Shown: in pieces, positions 39,431-48,841 of the stretch | How positions within the stretch are numbered: the stretch's first letter is position 1 | How the letters are laid out: each line of letters begins with the position of its first letter | Assembly: GCA_947501605.1 (NCBI GenBank) | Contig: CANMWZ010000009.1 | Location: forward strand, 1 to 64,000 | DNA: 64,000 nucleotides | Direction: 5' to 3' | From: Planctomycetota bacterium | GTDB lineage: Bacteria > Planctomycetota > UBA1135 > UBA2386 | Notes under the pieces: model-generated | The model's database searches: none | What the model was told of the DNA's origin: nothing | Seen by the model: the letters and a program-made list of their open reading frames with translations, nothing else | Translations under genes and position numbers: made by a program

Positions 39431-39446
39431 CGCAATGGACGTGCCG
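39431..39446 (-). promoter_or_regulatory. Sigma54 (-24/-12) promoter upstream of the GT4 operon
   Basis: Minus strand CGGCACGTCCATTGCG matches consensus TGGCACG-N4-TTGC with exact GG-N10-GC spacing. Intergenic, correctly oriented, and a sigma54 activator gene lies 2.3 kb away. Confidence 0.75.
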
Positions 39447-39493
39447 TGCACAATGATCCGGTCGGGTGTCCGCCGTGCGGACGGCGCTCTGGC

Positions 39494-41218
39494 TCAGCCG
39501 CCGGCGCCCGACAGGAAAACTCGCACTGCAGGGGCCGGGCTCAGAGGGAGCTCCCTGGTCGGTTGGTGCTCCGCCATCAGAATGCACCCGTGGTCGGTAT
39601 TGAGCAGCAGGCTATCCATGTGGGTGACAGTCATCTGCCGCAGCCGTGCGACAGCGGGTCCGAAGACCACCGTGCCGTCGGCCAGATAGAACGCAATCAC
39701 GCTCCAGTCCGGCGTGATCCGGGCGTCGATTGCGCGGTACCACGATGCCGCAACCGGCGGCGCGATCCGCACCCCAGGTGGGCTCTGCGCGAGCAGCCCG
39801 CCGGTGGAGCCGCTGTAGAGCCGGTCCCCTGGGCCTGGGACGACGATATCGGGCTCGCCGGTGGTCGCAGAACCGGCGACGAGCGTGCCCGGGAGGTCCT
39901 GGTAGACGACGGCGCTGGTATTGGTGAGGAGGTTGATCGAGCGCAGCGTCTGCCGCGTCAGGTCGGCTGTCGGCAGATCGGTGATCATCGCGACGTCGCC
40001 GGCAAACGAGAGCTTGCTTGGGACCAACGCGCCTGCAGGGAAGGGCTGCGCGAAAGAGCCGGTTCCGGTCAGGTTGCGGACCACGTTGCCAGTTGGCGCA
40101 AGGTCGGCGGCGAACCAGTCCATGTTGTCGGGGTCACCGATCGACGCGATCAACGTGTTGCCCTTGAACGTCGGCAGGATGTGGATGCCGATGTAGGGCT
40201 GGAAGATCGCATCTTGGGTGATCTGTAGATCGCCGAGGACGCCCGTGAGGTCGAGGAGGTGGCTCTCGTCGCGAATCACGCCGTCGATGTAGAACAGACG
40301 GGTGGCGTCGTGATTCAGGATCAAGCGAAGGTTGCCTTCACCCTCTGGCAGGTAGCCGGGTTCTTCGTACTTGCTCGGCGGTGGCGGCAACTGCACCGCG
40401 GCGCCAGTGCTGTTCAGGCGGAATAGCCGCAGAGTGTCATTGTTCGCGCCATAGAGGAACACCGCGGTGCGACCGTCGCCGGAGAGCGCAATCTCGTCCT
40501 TCATCCGCACCGTGGTCGTTGGAATTGTCGGCGTGCAATCGACTGGCGCGCCGCTGGCGAGTGCCATGCGCCAGATTCGGTTGTCGAGTGTCGTGTAGAA
40601 CGCGTGGGTGTCCCCGACCATCAGGGACATCGGGACTGCGGTGTTGGGCAGCGCGACGAAGCGCTCGGGCGTGCCTGTGCTCGGAAACGTGGTTCCGTCC
40701 AGTCGGACAACATGCATCCCACCGGTGGCGGCCAAGACGCAGAGCGTGCGGCCATTGTGGTCGACGCTGACGCGGTCGGCAAACGGGCGCCCGAGCCCGC
40801 TGAAACCGATGCCCGGCCGCTCGAGGACGACGCGGGCTTCCCCGGAAGCTGGAACAAGCAGGTAGCCCCATTGGAGTCCACCGAGTCGGCGGTACTCGAA
40901 CAGGCGGCTGCTACCGGGCAACTCGAGTCGATAGAGCCCTTGACGCAAGTCGCGACGGGCGACGTCGGTGCGTAGCTCTTGACTGGCGCTGCGCCCCGTC
41001 ATCTCGATCGGCAGGATCTCGATGTCCTGCAGCAGCATCGTCGAGTCGATCCCGACCTTGCCCTCCTCAAGCACGTGCACGTCGAGCGCGACGAGCGAGT
41101 TGCCTTCGACGAAGGTCAAGCTCTGAGCCAACGACGGCGCGGCAAGGAAAAGGGCGGCCAATAGCAAGCGCGTGTTCATAGGGGATCTGCTGGTCAGAGT
41201 AGCGAGCGCCGTTCCCAT
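39494..41218 (-). CDS. Secreted hypothetical protein, probable beta-propeller
   Basis: Signal peptide MNTRLLLAALFLAAPSLAQ (start 41179, or 41218 after GGAGG), motifs such as ALSGDGRTAVF and LNHDATRLFY. Confidence 0.65.
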   Translation of the reverse strand: MGTALATLTSRSPMNTRLLLAALFLAAPSLAQSLTFVEGNSLVALDVHVLEEGKVGIDSTMLLQDIEILPIEMTGRSASQELRTDVARRDLRQGLYRLELPGSSRLFEYRRLGGLQWGYLLVPASGEARVVLERPGIGFSGLGRPFADRVSVDHNGRTLCVLAATGGMHVVRLDGTTFPSTGTPERFVALPNTAVPMSLMVGDTHAFYTTLDNRIWRMALASGAPVDCTPTIPTTTVRMKDEIALSGDGRTAVFLYGANNDTLRLFRLNSTGAAVQLPPPPSKYEEPGYLPEGEGNLRLILNHDATRLFYIDGVIRDESHLLDLTGVLGDLQITQDAIFQPYIGIHILPTFKGNTLIASIGDPDNMDWFAADLAPTGNVVRNLTGTGSFAQPFPAGALVPSKLSFAGDVAMITDLPTADLTRQTLRSINLLTNTSAVVYQDLPGTLVAGSATTGEPDIVVPGPGDRLYSGSTGGLLAQSPPGVRIAPPVAASWYRAIDARITPDWSVIAFYLADGTVVFGPAVARLRQMTVTHMDSLLLNTDHGCILMAEHQPTRELPLSPAPAVRVFLSGAGG

Positions 41219-41294
41219 ACTACCTCCAATGTCTCGATTGGGGACCCCCACGTTGATTGGCCTCGAGTTGCTCATGCCGGTCTACGGGAAATGA

Positions 41295-41322
41295 CTCAGG
41301 TGCAGCCGGAGCTGCACCTGAG
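41295..41322. promoter_or_regulatory. Perfect inverted repeat CTCAGGTGCAGC-CGGA-GCTGCACCTGAG
   Basis: 12-bp stem with 4-nt loop in a ~500-bp intergenic region, function unknown. Confidence 0.4.
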
Positions 41323-41716
41323 AACTTGGTCGGTGCCGACAGGACTCTATGGAGCAGCGGCGGCCATCGGCATCGGCTCTCTCGGCCGGCCCGGAGCAAG
41401 TTGTCTCCAGGAGAAGTTTGGCTCAGAGACCCCGCTCGCTGCAGTGACGTGCCATTTGGCGCTCAGAGCACGCAGGCGTGCTCAGGTTCTACTCATGGAA
41501 GTCTCCTTCCGATTGCGTCGAGCCGACAGGCGCGGAGCGCTGTCCTGGCGACTTCGAACAGTTGCGAGATGTGCTTCACGTCGGACGTGGAGCAAGGGTC
41601 GTACCGTGAGCCCAGCTTCGCGATGCGTGTCCAATGCGAACAGCCAAGCGGTGCCAGAGTTGCGCGGCGCCACGATCACGGACTCGATGCCGTCGTCGGG
41701 ACGGGCGTGCTCGCCG

Positions 41717-44700
41717 TCACTTGCTGATGTCGTACCGCTTCAGCTTCTCGTAGAGCGCAGTTCGGGAGATGTCCAGGAAGCGGGCTGTTGCCGACTTGTC
41801 GCCGCCGCAATGTTCCAGCACTGCGATGATCGTTCGGCGCTCGGCTTCGGCGAGGGTGATCGCGGGCCAGGCCACCGGTGCCGCCACCATAGGAGTCACC
41901 GCGGCGGCGCTCCCGCTGATGCCGGCGTCATTCGCCGTCGCGGCGGGGCTCACGGATTGCTGAGGTAGTTGAAGGTCCTCGATGGCTTCCTGCTCGGCCA
42001 GCAGGATTGCGCGCGCCACGACGTGTTGCAGTTCGCGCACGTTCCCAGGCCAGCGGTAGCCGCGCATCTGCTGGAGCGCCTGTTCCGACAGTTTGCGCTG
42101 CGTGCCTTGTTGGCGGCAGAGTTGCGCGACGAAGTGCTGTGCCAGCACGTCAATGTCGCCGTCGCGGAGTCGCAGCGGCGGTACTTGCAGTTCCACCGCT
42201 GCCAGCCGGAAGAACAGATCTTCGCGGAAGTCGCCGCTCTGGACCATTGCGCGCAGGTTCTTGTGCGTGGCCGCGAGGATGCGCACATCGACGTCGACAG
42301 TGTCGCTGCCGCCGATGCGCCGGATCTTCTTCTCCTGCAGCGCCCGCAGCAGTTTGGATTGCAGCTGCGGCGGCATGTCGCCGACCTCGTCGAGAAACAG
42401 CGTTCCGCCTGACGCGAGCTCGAGAAGTCCCGGGCGATCGCGGTCCGCTCCGGTGAACGAGCCCGCGACGTGGCCGAAGAGTTCGCGTTCCATCAACTCG
42501 GCCGGCAGAGCGCTGCAGTTTTCGGCGACGAACGGCCCGCGCGATCGCGCCGCACTGTTCTGGTGGATGGACTGTGCGACGAGCTCCTTGCCGGTGCCGG
42601 TCTCACCGAGGATCAACACCGAAAGGTCGAGCGGGGCGACCTTTTGAATCTGCGCGCGCAGTTCGCGCATCGCCTTGCTGTCGCCGATTAGCGTCGAGGA
42701 TTCGCGACCGCGCACGCGCTGGGCGACTGCGAGTTCGCGCCGGCTGTGCTCGAGTTCGTTGGCGAGTTGCTCTTCCCGGAGCATGCGATCGACGGCGATG
42801 GCGGCTTGGTCTGCAAGCACTTCGAGGCTGGTCTTGTCCTCCTCGCTGAACACGCCGGCGCGGCCCGAGTGTTCGACATAGATGGCGCCAGCCGCGCCAG
42901 TGCCGGAGCGGAACGGTGCGCAGATCGCTGACCGCACCTGCAGATTGCGGATGCTCGGCATCTCCTTCAGCTCGCGGTCGGCCAGAGCGTCCTCTCCAGT
43001 CAAGGTGCGCTGCTGTTGCATGGAGCGGTTGGCCAGCGAGCGACTGAAAGCGTGGCCTCCCGCTTGCGCCGATCCGGCCTGGAACTCGCGCTGCAAGCCG
43101 TCTGGTCGCGCCACCAGCAGATATCCAGTGCGGCCGCCACAGAGGGTGATGGCCGACTCCAGCAGCATGTTCATCGCCTTGTCGAGATCGGATTCGCTGG
43201 CGAGCCGGCGGTTGACGGCCAAGAACGTGCGGAAGAGTTCGCGACTTGGTCCGGTTGGGTCCTGCACGGTGGATTTGGCGCTTCTGCTGGGAGGAGTCGG
43301 GTGCGGAGGTGTGGTCTCAGTTCTCGCTACATCGGTCGATGCGGCGCCTGGCTCCGTCGGTTTCAGCAGGTCGAGGACTTGGGCGATGTCGCCAGCGAAG
43401 CGTGCCCGAGCGGATTCGTCGAGTTCTGCCAGTAGGTTGCGCGCCTCCGCAACGTGATGCTGCAAGGCGAGGGCGCGCGCCAACAGTAACCGAGTGTGGG
43501 CGCCGGCTGCACGCGCCCCGATCTTCTCCAGGGCCTCGAGCGCCGAGCGTAGACGCCGCTCGGCAGCTACGGGATCGCCGGCAGCGAGCGCCGTGCTGCC
43601 GAGCGCGGCCTCGGCGATCGCGGCACCCGCGGCGTCACCCACGTGCTGGAACAGCCCGCGTGCCTGGCGGAAGTGCTCGGTTGCCTCATCCAGCCGGCCG
43701 AGGTCTTTGGTTGCAAGGCCCAGGTTGTGGGTTGCGGTCGCGGCGTGGCGGGCATGACCCAATCGCAGCAGCAGCGCACGCGCGTCGGTCAGAAAAGCGT
43801 GGGCTTCGTCGAGCCGCCCGAGTCGGCGCTCGGCGAGGCCGAGGCTGGTCAGCACCGCCGCGCGCACGAACGGCGCCGAGTCGGCTGGAACTTTGGGGAG
43901 TACCGCCAGCAGCAGGGTGCGCGCGACCTCGCCGTGACCAAGCTGCTCGTGCAGTGCGGCGAGCACCTGCGTTTCGACCGGGCGCGGCGCGCTTCCGACG
44001 GCGTCGCGCAGGAGGCTGAGTGCCGCCTCGACGTCGCCGCCGGCGGCTCGGATCCGGGCGGCAGTTCGTGCTAGATCGCGACGCTGTTCGGCATCCTGTT
44101 CGGGCGGAACGGCGGCAAGCGCGGCACTGGCCTCGTCGACGCGACCGAGGTCGAGGAGTGCTTGCACGCGCTCGGCGGGCAAGTCGCTGCACAGCGGCAG
44201 GGCGCGCGCCGGCTCGCCTGCGGTCAGCAGGCCTTGGGCCAGCGCGCGGCGCAGCGGCCGCTCGGCTTCGGTCGACAGCTTGCGGGCAGCAACGGCAAAG
44301 CGCGCAGTCGCGTTCTCGCCACGGCCAGTGGCCGCCTCGAGGCGAAGCGACTCTGCCGTCACGGGGCCGCTCGGCAATGGCGGGGCGTCGATCCTGCGGC
44401 CTTGCGCCGCTGCCGGCCAACTCCAGCGTGCACCGTCGGGCACGATCTGCCCTTCGGCTGCGCGTCGGACGAGGTCGTAACCAATCGCCGTTGGTGACGC
44501 CCCAACGCTGGTGATCAGGAAGTTGGCGGTCACCAACGCGACGTCGTCCTGCAGCGACAGCACGTCCTTCAAGAACGGGAGCAGCCGCGCAGCGTCGAGT
44601 TCGGGTACTCGGATCGTGCGCACGGGTGGGCCACCGCACGCAACCAGCACCGCGTCGCCTTCGACGCGGTAGCTGGCCACCGTTCGCTGCGTGCACAATA

Positions 44701-45613
44701 GGTGAAGACCGAGTTGCTCGCGCTCGATCTCGGCGCCGCCTTCGATGCGCAGGTCACTGGGTGCTTGCAAGAAGTCGGCTTCGATTTCGTCACCGAACAG
44801 CGCAACGAGGTCCGGCTGGAGCAGCGACTGCGGTGGTCGGCCAGCGCCTCCGACCAAGAACTCGAGTGCTGCCTGTGCATCGGCGAAGCGCCGCTGCGGT
44901 CGTCGCGACATGCACCGTTCGAGAAACTGCGGGAACGGTGCTGGAAACTCACTCGGAGCGACGTCGGCCGCTTCCCAGAAGTTCGTGTTCGGGAACAGGC
45001 GCAGGAAGCGCGCCAGCGGCACTTGCCCCGCGCGCGGCCAAAGCGCTGCGACCAGCACGGCACCGAGCGAGAACAAATCGCTCCTTGGGTCGGGCGTGCC
45101 CCCGAGCAGTACTTCGGGGGAAGCGAAGAACGGCGTGCCGCCCGCGCCGGCGTGACCGCGACGAACGCCGAGGCCGAAGTCCAGCAGAGCCACTTCGCCC
45201 CGATCGTCGAGCACGAGGTTGGCGGGCTTCAGGTCGAGGTGGAGAACGCCGCGCAGATGGACGAACGCGAGTGTCTCCAACACCTGCCGCGCCAGCGACA
45301 GTGCCTGGTCCGGAAGCAGCGGCAACAGGTCCGAGACTGGTTTCCCGCGCGCGAACTCGCGAAGCAGGAAGACGCGGCCATCGGGCACTTGGCCCACTTC
45401 GCGCATCGCCGGGATCGCTGGGTGATGCAGCGAGAGCAGCAACGATGCTTCTGCCGCCGGCATGTCGGCGTCGAGGACCTTGACCAGCAGCTGCTTCTGC
45501 GTGCGCTTGTCGCGCAGCCTCGCGGACGTGCCTTCGCCGCCGCGATACGTCTGCACAACGTCGAAGCGGTCTGCGAATGCCGCTGCCGGAAACTCGCGTT
45601 CTGGCGCCGTCAC
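41717..45613 (-). CDS. Ser/Thr kinase - TPR - GAF - sigma54 AAA+ activator - Fis HTH fusion
   Basis: HLDLKPANL, DFG, GTPFFASPE, TPR-like helices, GAF (RSAICAPF..GAIYVE), GETGTGKE, GSFTGA, LFLDEVG, FREDLFFRL, WPGNVREL, C-terminal HTH. GTG start after GGAG inferred. Confidence 0.9.
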   Translation of the reverse strand: MTAPEREFPAAAFADRFDVVQTYRGGEGTSARLRDKRTQKQLLVKVLDADMPAAEASLLLSLHHPAIPAMREVGQVPDGRVFLLREFARGKPVSDLLPLLPDQALSLARQVLETLAFVHLRGVLHLDLKPANLVLDDRGEVALLDFGLGVRRGHAGAGGTPFFASPEVLLGGTPDPRSDLFSLGAVLVAALWPRAGQVPLARFLRLFPNTNFWEAADVAPSEFPAPFPQFLERCMSRRPQRRFADAQAALEFLVGGAGRPPQSLLQPDLVALFGDEIEADFLQAPSDLRIEGGAEIEREQLGLHLLCTQRTVASYRVEGDAVLVACGGPPVRTIRVPELDAARLLPFLKDVLSLQDDVALVTANFLITSVGASPTAIGYDLVRRAAEGQIVPDGARWSWPAAAQGRRIDAPPLPSGPVTAESLRLEAATGRGENATARFAVAARKLSTEAERPLRRALAQGLLTAGEPARALPLCSDLPAERVQALLDLGRVDEASAALAAVPPEQDAEQRRDLARTAARIRAAGGDVEAALSLLRDAVGSAPRPVETQVLAALHEQLGHGEVARTLLLAVLPKVPADSAPFVRAAVLTSLGLAERRLGRLDEAHAFLTDARALLLRLGHARHAATATHNLGLATKDLGRLDEATEHFRQARGLFQHVGDAAGAAIAEAALGSTALAAGDPVAAERRLRSALEALEKIGARAAGAHTRLLLARALALQHHVAEARNLLAELDESARARFAGDIAQVLDLLKPTEPGAASTDVARTETTPPHPTPPSRSAKSTVQDPTGPSRELFRTFLAVNRRLASESDLDKAMNMLLESAITLCGGRTGYLLVARPDGLQREFQAGSAQAGGHAFSRSLANRSMQQQRTLTGEDALADRELKEMPSIRNLQVRSAICAPFRSGTGAAGAIYVEHSGRAGVFSEEDKTSLEVLADQAAIAVDRMLREEQLANELEHSRRELAVAQRVRGRESSTLIGDSKAMRELRAQIQKVAPLDLSVLILGETGTGKELVAQSIHQNSAARSRGPFVAENCSALPAELMERELFGHVAGSFTGADRDRPGLLELASGGTLFLDEVGDMPPQLQSKLLRALQEKKIRRIGGSDTVDVDVRILAATHKNLRAMVQSGDFREDLFFRLAAVELQVPPLRLRDGDIDVLAQHFVAQLCRQQGTQRKLSEQALQQMRGYRWPGNVRELQHVVARAILLAEQEAIEDLQLPQQSVSPAATANDAGISGSAAAVTPMVAAPVAWPAITLAEAERRTIIAVLEHCGGDKSATARFLDISRTALYEKLKRYDISK

Positions 45614-45638
45614 CGAGACTCCATCGGATCCGGAAGCG

Positions 45639-46325
45639 TTAGCTCTTGCCGCGGCGCAAGAACAGGCCAAGCATGTGACCCGAGCCGATCAGGAACAGCG
45701 GCTTGGCAAAGCGCTCGTCATAGCCGGCTTCGGCGGCGATGGCGCGGACGCGGTCGTTGCGTAGGACGTTCTTGGGCTTCTTGTTGCCGAGCGCGACCCG
45801 GACCTGGCGTAGGCGGTTCTTGAGCGAGGTTGCCGAGAACCACGTAACGATCACAGAACGCCGAGCCACGCGGAACAGCTCGCGCAGGTGCAACTCGCGT
45901 AGCTCTTGCGACTCGAGGTGGTGCGACAGGCGGAAGCTCACAACCGAGTCGACGCTGCGGTCGGGCAGCGGAATCTGCAGCGCCGAGCAGCGCATGTAGC
46001 GGCGGGCTGCTGGCCCGATGTCTTCTCGCGCGCCGTGATCGCGTTGATTGAGCGACACCATGGTGAACGACCAGTCCGCTTCGATCAGGTGATCGCACTG
46101 CGCCTGTAGCAGGTCGGCGAGTCTGCCGTGGCCGCATGGCAGGTCGAGCATGGTGCCGACGTGGCCGATTTCGGCGAAGTAGCGCAGTAGCAGAGCGCGT
46201 TCGCGGCGGTCGGAGAGTTTGCGGTGCAGCTTGTTCTGGTAGTCGGCCTTGTAGGCCTGGGCACCGCGTCCGCTGTTGTAGTTCTGCAGCTTGCCTTGCT
46301 GCATGGGCGCGTGGATCTGGGTCAT
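45639..46325 (-). CDS. Class I SAM-dependent methyltransferase
   Basis: LDLPCGHGRL, D.S..M, LPDRSVDSVVSFRLSHH, LRELFRV. Confidence 0.85.
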   Translation of the reverse strand: MTQIHAPMQQGKLQNYNSGRGAQAYKADYQNKLHRKLSDRRERALLLRYFAEIGHVGTMLDLPCGHGRLADLLQAQCDHLIEADWSFTMVSLNQRDHGAREDIGPAARRYMRCSALQIPLPDRSVDSVVSFRLSHHLESQELRELHLRELFRVARRSVIVTWFSATSLKNRLRQVRVALGNKKPKNVLRNDRVRAIAAEAGYDERFAKPLFLIGSGHMLGLFLRRGKS

Positions 46326-47143
46326 GATGCTGGGTCGACTCGCTTGTGGGTCGAGCGGCGGAGAATATACGTTCTCAGCGCCATCGACAGGTTCTTTCGC
46401 CAGCGGTTGCCTGACCGAGTGCGGCGAGCAAGCTCGCGCCAGAGACGCCGCGCGACTGCGCGGTTGTCGTCGGCGTACGCGAGCAGCATGCGCAACCGTT
46501 CGGGTGCGGTCCACTCGACCCGGCGACTTGGCGACCCATTGGCGTCGTAGAGGTCGAGCAGGGTCTGCGACCGCGGCACGGGACCCGGGAAGGCGACCAC
46601 CGCAGGCAAGTCGCATAGCAGCAGTTGCGCAGATGCCAATGGGCCTTTGACAAGCACGTTGCGCGGCATTGGCGTGCACCACAGAAGTCCGCGGTCGTGC
46701 AATTGCGCCAACAGACGGCCGAGCCCGGCGGCGAGCGCGCGCCGTTCGCTCCCGTGCCCAGTGCGCGGCAGGCTTGCCAAAGCAGCCTTCAAGGTCGTGG
46801 TGTCGTCGATCCAGCCGGTTACCAACGTCGACGAGCGAACGAAGCCGAAGCTGCGCACCTCGCTCCAGGCGCGTGGTCTGGTGCACTGCAGTCCGAGGTG
46901 TTCGGCGGCCGCGAGGTTCTCGAACTCGCGCGCGGCCCGGCTCCGCCGCGCAAAGGTCTGCAGCCAGCGCATGCCGAGATTGCGATAGGTCTTTCGCACC
47001 ACAGCCTCGGCACCGGTGCCCAGCAGTTCCACGACAGCTGCCGGTTCGTCCTTGAGCACGATGCGGCGCTGGGCGGCGAGGCGGTCGAGGTCGTCGGCGG
47101 AGACGGCGAGCAAGGCGGCGAAGTCTACTCGTCGCTGCGCCAT
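46322..47143 (-). CDS. Lipopolysaccharide kinase (InaA/WaaP/KdkA-like) family protein
   Basis: VRKTY, RSRAAREFENL, LVT, LHDRG....PRNVL, LCD, ERLRMLLAY. Confidence 0.72.
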   Translation of the reverse strand: MAQRRVDFAALLAVSADDLDRLAAQRRIVLKDEPAAVVELLGTGAEAVVRKTYRNLGMRWLQTFARRSRAAREFENLAAAEHLGLQCTRPRAWSEVRSFGFVRSSTLVTGWIDDTTTLKAALASLPRTGHGSERRALAAGLGRLLAQLHDRGLLWCTPMPRNVLVKGPLASAQLLLCDLPAVVAFPGPVPRSQTLLDLYDANGSPSRRVEWTAPERLRMLLAYADDNRAVARRLWRELARRTRSGNRWRKNLSMALRTYILRRSTHKRVDPAS

Positions 47144-47168
47144 CCGTAGGAGGACGGATCGTGAACCC

Positions 47169-48674
47169 TCACTGGATCGTGAAGGTGGTCGCGTTCGAGA
47201 CCACCAGCCCGATGGCGTTCGCGGCGGGGTCGATGAGCAGCCACTGACTGTTGAGCGTGGTGCCGCGCAGTGCCTGATCGAATGGCACCGACAGCGTCAT
47301 CGTTGAGCAGCCGAACGGGTCGGTTGGACCGAGATTCGACACCAGAACGTGGGTCAGCGCGTGGCAGTTGGGTGCGGCGAAGCCGAGCGTCGGGAGGCCG
47401 ATGGCGAGGTCGGTGTCGCGATCCTGGCCGATCGCAAGTAGCGCCAAGTTGCAGCAGTTCGCGTCGTAGAGCGTGAACTTGAGCGGGCTGCCCAGCGAGG
47501 CGGCGTCTTGGGTGGTTGCGAGCGGGAGCCCTCCAGTGGAGCTTCGGCAGCCCTGGCCGTAGGTCGTCGGCAGCGGCGCCGGGCTCAGCTGGCCGCGGAT
47601 CTCGCCGCCGGTGAAGGCATTGGAGTGAACGTTGACGTACCAGAAGCCGGCGCGCAGGTTGAGGAGATCGGCCGGCGAAGCGCTATAGGACCCCGACAGC
47701 CTGCCGGTCTGCGCGTTCAGCGAGAACAGGATCGGCCCGGCAATGCCCGCGGAGCCAGTGTGCACGTGTGCGGCAATGGGTGTGAGGCCCGAATAGGCGC
47801 CCGTCAGGGTGACGCGGTCATCGGGGCCGACGACGAGTTCAGCGCTGCACAGTGCGGTCGATGCGTTCGGCGGAGTCTCTTGGGCACCGCTGCAGCTCGC
47901 CAGGAACTGCGCGCCGAAGTCTGTGCGCAACTGGCCACGAAGCTCGCCCGCTGGGAAGCGCGCTGAGTGCACGTCGACGTAACATCTGCCGGAGCGCAGT
48001 GCCGCGACATCGGCGTCGGAGAGGTGCTCGGTGACTCCACACCACGTGTTGCCGACGCCGATGGCCGCGTCGAGAAGCGGTCCGTTCGATCCCACAGAAC
48101 CGAGGTGCAGATCGGCGACCGTGGCGTTCACCACTCCGGTCGTTTCGATCACGTAGGCCAGGCGGCTTTCGGGCTCGAACAGGAATGCGGTCGCGAGGCC
48201 CGATGCGCTGCTGATCGTCGGCGGGGCAACCTGAGTGCCGCTCAATGCGGACGCGAGGCGCGTGTTCTGCGCTTCTACGATCTGCCCGCGGACTTCGCCG
48301 CTCGGGAACGCGGCAGTGCGCGCATTGAGGTAGAGCCCTTGCGAGCCCAACGCCGTCACCTGAGCCGAGGTCAGCGATCCGGTGCCCGTCCAGGTGGTTG
48401 GATCCGTGGCCGCGAGCGTGAGCACCACCGCCCCGTTGATGCCGGCTGCGCCTTGCTGCACGGTCACGCTGGTCACAGGCCCGCCGGTGCCGAGGATGCA
48501 GCAGTAAGCGCGCACCGTGTTGGTGCTCGCGTCATGTCTGAGGACGGCCCAACCCTGAGCTGGCGTCGCGACGGCTGGTGACGCGTGAGCGCCGTCGAGG
48601 TAGGCAGACCAATAGCTCACCTGCGCCGACAAGGCGGTGCACAGCACGACGAGTGCGAGCAGGTGGCGGTACAT
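47169..48674 (-). CDS. Secreted protein with three CHRD domains and shared C-terminal module
   Basis: Three repeats ending YLNART..FPSGEVRGQ, YVDVHS..FPAGELRGQ and YVNVHS..FTGGEIRGQ. Signal peptide ending LSAQ. Confidence 0.85.
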   Translation of the reverse strand: MYRHLLALVVLCTALSAQVSYWSAYLDGAHASPAVATPAQGWAVLRHDASTNTVRAYCCILGTGGPVTSVTVQQGAAGINGAVVLTLAATDPTTWTGTGSLTSAQVTALGSQGLYLNARTAAFPSGEVRGQIVEAQNTRLASALSGTQVAPPTISSASGLATAFLFEPESRLAYVIETTGVVNATVADLHLGSVGSNGPLLDAAIGVGNTWCGVTEHLSDADVAALRSGRCYVDVHSARFPAGELRGQLRTDFGAQFLASCSGAQETPPNASTALCSAELVVGPDDRVTLTGAYSGLTPIAAHVHTGSAGIAGPILFSLNAQTGRLSGSYSASPADLLNLRAGFWYVNVHSNAFTGGEIRGQLSPAPLPTTYGQGCRSSTGGLPLATTQDAASLGSPLKFTLYDANCCNLALLAIGQDRDTDLAIGLPTLGFAAPNCHALTHVLVSNLGPTDPFGCSTMTLSVPFDQALRGTTLNSQWLLIDPAANAIGLVVSNATTFTIQ

Positions 48675-48746
48675 GGTGCGGTTTGAGGAGCGCTGACGTC
48701 CCAACGGCTCGAATAGTGGGACTGCTGCGAACGGATACGAACAAGC

Positions 48747-48762
48747 TGCAGATAAGCGGCCA
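48747..48762 (-). promoter_or_regulatory. Possible sigma54 promoter upstream of the CHRD gene
   Basis: Minus strand TGGCCGCTTATCTGCA has GG-N10-GC spacing but only a partial consensus match. Confidence 0.3.
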
Positions 48763-48796
48763 CGCCAAGGTAACTCAGTCGGCGCGGCTGACAATC

Positions 48797-48834
48797 CCCA
48801 TGTCTGCCATCGGGCCCCATGTCTGCCATCGGGC
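48797..48834. repeat. Tandem duplication, 19-bp CCCATGTCTGCCATCGGGC x2
   Basis: Read directly, lies just downstream of the stop at 48842. Confidence 0.9.
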
Positions 48835-48841
48835 TCGCGGG

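Noticed and set aside
41440..41454. Second sigma54 promoter TGGCACGTCACTGCA (minus strand)
   Set aside because: GG-to-GC spacing is 9 nt rather than the required 10.
41348..41496. Selenocysteine readthrough of MSRT-TGA
   Set aside because: The hairpin overlaps the UGA rather than following it at SECIS distance, and the extended peptide has no redox motif.
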